Part shown: positions 60,108 to 64,000 of the stretch, piece after piece
How positions within the stretch are numbered: position 1 is the first letter of the stretch
Layout of the letters: every line of letters begins with the position of its first letter
Origin: an uncultured Flavobacteriaceae bacterium
Lineage (GTDB): Bacteria > Bacteroidota > Bacteroidia > Flavobacteriales > Flavobacteriaceae
Assembly (NCBI GenBank): GCA_937136455.1
Contig: CAKZOO010000032.1
Span: 27,383 to 91,382 of the forward strand
Direction: 5' to 3'
DNA: 64,000 nucleotides
The notes under the pieces: model-generated
What the model saw: the letters and a program-made list of their open reading frames with translations, nothing else
The model's database searches: none
What the model was told of the DNA's origin: nothing
Program-made: the position numbers and the translations under genes

Positions 60108-62210
60108 ATGAAAATTTTATTCACAACAATGAGCGCAGTCCTATTTGGTCTTTCGGTCAATGCTCAACAACAATCTCAGGACAGTATTCAAAAGGTAGAA
60201 CTCGAAGAAGTATTTGTGTCAGCTATTAGGGCCGACAAAAAAATGGCTGTGAGTTATACCAATGTGAAAGCAGAAGAGTTAGCGACTAGAAATCTCGGTC
60301 AAGATTTGCCAATTCTGCTTAATTATCTTCCAGGAGTGGTAACGACTTCTGACGCAGGAGCTGGTATTGGTTATACCGGTATTCGTGTAAGAGGTTCGGA
60401 TGCGACCAGAGTCAATGTTACCATTAACGGAATTCCTTACAATGACGCCGAATCTCAAGGAGTTTATTGGGTGGATTTGCCTGATTTTGCTACTTCTGTT
60501 GAGAGTCTTCAACTTCAAAGAGGAGTGGGGACTTCCACCAATGGAGCAGGAGCTTTTGGAGCTTCTTTGAATTTGAGTACATCTTCTACATCAGAAGAAT
60601 TTTCAGGGATGATTCGATCTTCTGTAGGTAGTTTTAACACTTTTAATAACAGTGTTTCTTTTAACACCAAAGCATATGGAGGCTTTTCATTTTCAGGACG
60701 TTTTTCAAAGATTGTATCTGACGGTTATGTCGACCGAGCTTCTTCAGATCTGAAGTCCTATTTCGTTCAAGGAGCTTTTAAAGATGAGAATACGCATATT
60801 AAGGCCCTAGTTTTTGGAGGACACGAACGCACTTATCAAGCTTGGTATGGAGTTGATGCTTTCACTCTTGAAAATGATAGAACCTACAACTATGCGGGTT
60901 ATTACCTCAATGATGCTGACCAGGTAAACTTTTATGAAGATCAGGTCGATGACTATTTGCAAAATCATATGCAGTTGATTTGGAATCAAAAACTATCTAA
61001 TGGATGGTCTTCAAATATGGCACTACACTTTACTCATGGTGAAGGTTTTTACGAGGAGTACAACGAAAACGGAAGTGATGATGACGTGACTCGAAAATGG
61101 TTAGATAATGATTTTTACGGATCGGTCTTTTCAGTTGAAAAGTCAGATGATAAGAGTCAATTAATCATGGGTGGTGGAATCAACACCTATAAGGGCAGAC
61201 ATTTTGGAGAATACGTTTGGTTTCAAAACAGTTCCTCAGCTCAAAGTAGTCTTTTTTACGACAACGATTCCAATAAGAATGATTTAAACTTTTACCTCAA
61301 ATACCGCTATGATCTCAATGATCGTTGGAGCACCTATTTTGATGTGCAGAACCGTTGGGTGACCTATCAAACAGAGCTTAAAACGGGTGAGCAAATCGAT
61401 GATCAATTTAGTTTCTTTAACCCTAAGGCTGGATTGACTTTTAGCATCAATAAGGCACAACATTTTTACGCTTCCTATGCTAAGGCGCATAGAGAGCCGA
61501 ATCGTACCGATTACAAAAATGGAAGCCCCAAGCCTGAATCACTTGATGATTTTGAACTGGGATATCGTTTCTTAAATTCGAAAAGTGCCCTCAATGTCAA
61601 TTGGTTTTATATGAATTATAAAGATCAATTAGTGCTCACAGGAGCTCTTAGTGAGGTTGGTGCACCTATTCGTGAAAACATCGGATCTAGCTTTCGAATG
61701 GGAATCGAAATCGATGCCTCTGTAAGACTTAACGATCAATGGAACTGGATGCCCAACATCAGTATTAGCAAGCACAGAAATAGGGACTTCTTCTTTGAAA
61801 GAGACGGCTCACTTCAAGACTTAGGAAACACCCATATCGCTTATTCTCCAGGATTAATTGTCGGAAATATTCTAATGTATACACCTTCGGAAAACTTGAA
61901 TTTAAGTCTGATGACAAAGCATGTGTCGGATCAGTATATGGGAAATATCGACTCTGAGAATTCACTTTTAGAAGCTTATACTGTGAGTGATTTCAATGCT
62001 TCCTATACACTTAAAAACAATTGGAATTTAGACATTCAACTGAACCTTTTGGTCAACAATATCTTTAATGTTGAATACGTAAGCAATGGTTATTTTTATA
62101 CCTATGACGATACTTGGTCAACTCCTGGAGTGACGACCACCATTGAAGGTGCTGGATATTATCCCCAGGCGACTAGGAACTTCTTATTTGGAGCAGTAAT
62201 TGGCTTTTAA
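60108..62210 (+). CDS. TonB-dependent receptor, probable thiamine transporter
   Basis: Plug motifs SDAGAGIGYTGIRVRGSD and QRGVGTSTNG, terminal Phe. Downstream of the TPP riboswitch. Confidence 0.9.
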   Translation: MKILFTTMSAVLFGLSVNAQQQSQDSIQKVELEEVFVSAIRADKKMAVSYTNVKAEELATRNLGQDLPILLNYLPGVVTTSDAGAGIGYTGIRVRGSDATRVNVTINGIPYNDAESQGVYWVDLPDFATSVESLQLQRGVGTSTNGAGAFGASLNLSTSSTSEEFSGMIRSSVGSFNTFNNSVSFNTKAYGGFSFSGRFSKIVSDGYVDRASSDLKSYFVQGAFKDENTHIKALVFGGHERTYQAWYGVDAFTLENDRTYNYAGYYLNDADQVNFYEDQVDDYLQNHMQLIWNQKLSNGWSSNMALHFTHGEGFYEEYNENGSDDDVTRKWLDNDFYGSVFSVEKSDDKSQLIMGGGINTYKGRHFGEYVWFQNSSSAQSSLFYDNDSNKNDLNFYLKYRYDLNDRWSTYFDVQNRWVTYQTELKTGEQIDDQFSFFNPKAGLTFSINKAQHFYASYAKAHREPNRTDYKNGSPKPESLDDFELGYRFLNSKSALNVNWFYMNYKDQLVLTGALSEVGAPIRENIGSSFRMGIEIDASVRLNDQWNWMPNISISKHRNRDFFFERDGSLQDLGNTHIAYSPGLIVGNILMYTPSENLNLSLMTKHVSDQYMGNIDSENSLLEAYTVSDFNASYTLKNNWNLDIQLNLLVNNIFNVEYVSNGYFYTYDDTWSTPGVTTTIEGAGYYPQATRNFLFGAVIGF

Positions 62211-62657
62211 TTAATTGTAGATTCTAAGGACATCACCCGAGAGTTGGGTGTTGTACTCTAAAAGGTCGTAATACACCCCTTCAGAGGGACGGTTGAGTAA
62301 TTGACCGGTAAAAAGACTGTAATTCAATTCATCACAATCACAAATTCCGCTTTGTCCTGTCACTTGTAGGAGAGAGCAGGAATTTGGGATGTGGTTGGAG
62401 CAACTGGCTTCAAAGGCCCTAAACTGATCAAATCCTACATTCATTACGTAAATACCTCTAGTGCCTACTCCAGCTTCACTAATATAGACGGGATTACCGA
62501 TGGAAGTTAAATTGTTATAGGAGGGTAAACTCAAATTGACAGATACTGAAAATCGAACTTCTTGTAAATAGGGATTCCTCCTTGTTTGTTGCTTGGTACA
62601 AGAGATTGCTAATAAGCTAAGTATCAAAAAAGTACTATTTGAAAAGTATCTAAACAT
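62211..62657 (-). CDS. Rieske-like lipoprotein
   Basis: Lipobox AISC, AFEASCSNH...C.CD...YSLFTG pattern. Confidence 0.7.
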   Translation of the reverse strand: MFRYFSNSTFLILSLLAISCTKQQTRRNPYLQEVRFSVSVNLSLPSYNNLTSIGNPVYISEAGVGTRGIYVMNVGFDQFRAFEASCSNHIPNSCSLLQVTGQSGICDCDELNYSLFTGQLLNRPSEGVYYDLLEYNTQLSGDVLRIYN

Positions 62658-62747
62658 CTGTTAATTTCATCGTGGTATTAAAAATAATATATATATTTGT
62701 ACAAGGTCCTCTTCGAGAGGATTTTTCTATTTATAAAACGAATTAAG

Positions 62748-63224
62748 ATGAGTAATGTCAGTTATTACACCGCAGAAGGATTAAAAAAGCTAAAAGAGGA
62801 ACTGGACTTCTTACGTGATGTAGAACGTCCCAAAGCTTCTCAGGCTATTGCAGAGGCTAGAGATAAAGGTGATTTATCTGAGAATGCCGAGTACGATGCA
62901 GCCAAAGAAGCTCAGGGTCTTTTAGAAATGAAGATTTCAAAATTGGAAGAGGTGGTTGCCAATGCGCGAATCATCGACGAATCTCAATTGGATACTTCAA
63001 AAGTATTAGTCCTTTCGACTGTGAAGATTAAAAATAAAGTCAACGGAGCTCAAATGAGCTATACACTTGTTGCAGAAAGTGAAGCCGACCTCAAGACCAA
63101 TAAGATTTCTGTAAGTTCTCCTATTGGAAAAGGGCTTTTAGGTAAGAAAGTAGGAGATACTGCTGAAATTAAAGTTCCTAATGGAACGATTGAATTTGAA
63201 ATTCTAGAAATTACTAGATCCTAA
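62748..63224 (+). CDS. greA: Transcription elongation factor GreA
   Basis: ARDKGDLSENAEYDAAKE and ISVSSPIGKGLLG motifs. Likely ATG start at 62748. Confidence 0.97.
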   Translation: MSNVSYYTAEGLKKLKEELDFLRDVERPKASQAIAEARDKGDLSENAEYDAAKEAQGLLEMKISKLEEVVANARIIDESQLDTSKVLVLSTVKIKNKVNGAQMSYTLVAESEADLKTNKISVSSPIGKGLLGKKVGDTAEIKVPNGTIEFEILEITRS

Positions 63225-63613
63225 TGGCAAGTATTTTTACCAAAATTATCAATCGTGAAATTCCAGCCTATATCATAGCTGAGAACGAGGATTGTATTGC
63301 CTTTTTAGACGTTAACCCCAATGCAATGGGTCATACCTTATGTGTTCCAAAACAAGAGGTTGATAAAATTACCGATTTAGATGATGCGACTTATTTGTCC
63401 TTGATGAAGTTTTCTAAAAAAGTGGCAATTGCAATTGAAAAGGCGGTTGTCTGTAAACGTGTTGGATTTACGGTAATTGGACTTGAGGTTCCTCATGTTC
63501 ACGTTCATTTGATTCCACTCAATACAATGGCAGATGCTACTTTTGGAAAGAAAGAATCCCTTTCTAAAGAAGATTTTCAATCTGTATGTGATTCGATTAA
63601 GGCGGCGCTTTAA
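63224..63613 (+). CDS. HIT family hydrolase
   Basis: SIFTKII, GHTLCVPK and VPHVHVHLIP motifs. Confidence 0.95.
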   Translation: MASIFTKIINREIPAYIIAENEDCIAFLDVNPNAMGHTLCVPKQEVDKITDLDDATYLSLMKFSKKVAIAIEKAVVCKRVGFTVIGLEVPHVHVHLIPLNTMADATFGKKESLSKEDFQSVCDSIKAAL

Positions 63614-64000
63614 GATTCCGCTATTCCCTTTCTAAATTTTAACTCAAAGGTGGTTCCATTGGATGAACTTTCAATTACGGAGATTTTACCCTTGTGATAT
63701 TCTTCAACAATCCTTTTGGCGAGTGAAAGGCCTAAGCCCCAACCTCTGGTTTTAGTGCTGTATCCAGGTTTAAATATCGACTTGAGTTTGTTTTGTGGTA
63801 TTCCTGGCCCCTGATCTTTTATATAAACAGAGCAGGATAAATGTTGTGTTTTAAAGCTGATTTCAACCCTACCACTTCCATTCATGGCATCGATGGCATT
63901 TTTAATAATGTTTTCTAAGCACCAAAAATAAAGCGGTTTGTTGAGGGCTATTTGTTGCTCTGAAAAGGATTCATCCACAGTGAGCTCAATGTGCTCTGGA
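63610..64000 (-). CDS. Sensor histidine kinase, C-terminal HATPase part (5' end outside window)
   Basis: ENIIKNAIDAM, DQGPGI, F.PGYSTK.RGWGLGLSL and GTTF motifs. Confidence 0.9.
   Translation of the reverse strand, partial: PEHIELTVDESFSEQQIALNKPLYFWCLENIIKNAIDAMNGSGRVEISFKTQHLSCSVYIKDQGPGIPQNKLKSIFKPGYSTKTRGWGLGLSLAKRIVEEYHKGKISVIESSSNGTTFELKFRKGIAES

Overview
AT-rich chromosomal window from a Flavobacteriaceae-like (Bacteroidota) bacterium, probably marine and streamlined. Support comes from gldD/gldE, a T9SS cargo protein, TAnnTTTG promoters, TonB-dependent receptors and a split atpDC operon. Most of the window is housekeeping: glyQS, xth, radA, panCD, glmS, atpDC, recX, rng, HU, mutY, ssb, rplU/rpmA, ahcY and greA. 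It also carries a LacI/alpha-amylase locus, an arsenic-related gene pair and a TPP riboswitch. The stand-out feature is a ~1.8-kb integrase-less element inserted at the 3' end of glmS (31774-33570), bounded by a 12-bp direct repeat (ACRGTGGAGTAG). By manual scan it contains no GpC dinucleotide (GC-free run 31752-33625). All four of its ORFs (465 residues) are alanine-free, and family-conserved Ala positions appear to be replaced by Ser or Cys. This points to a mobile-element lineage under an absolute DNA-level constraint against 5'-GC-3'. No rRNA, tRNA or CRISPR array was seen. All counts are by eye and need computational confirmation.
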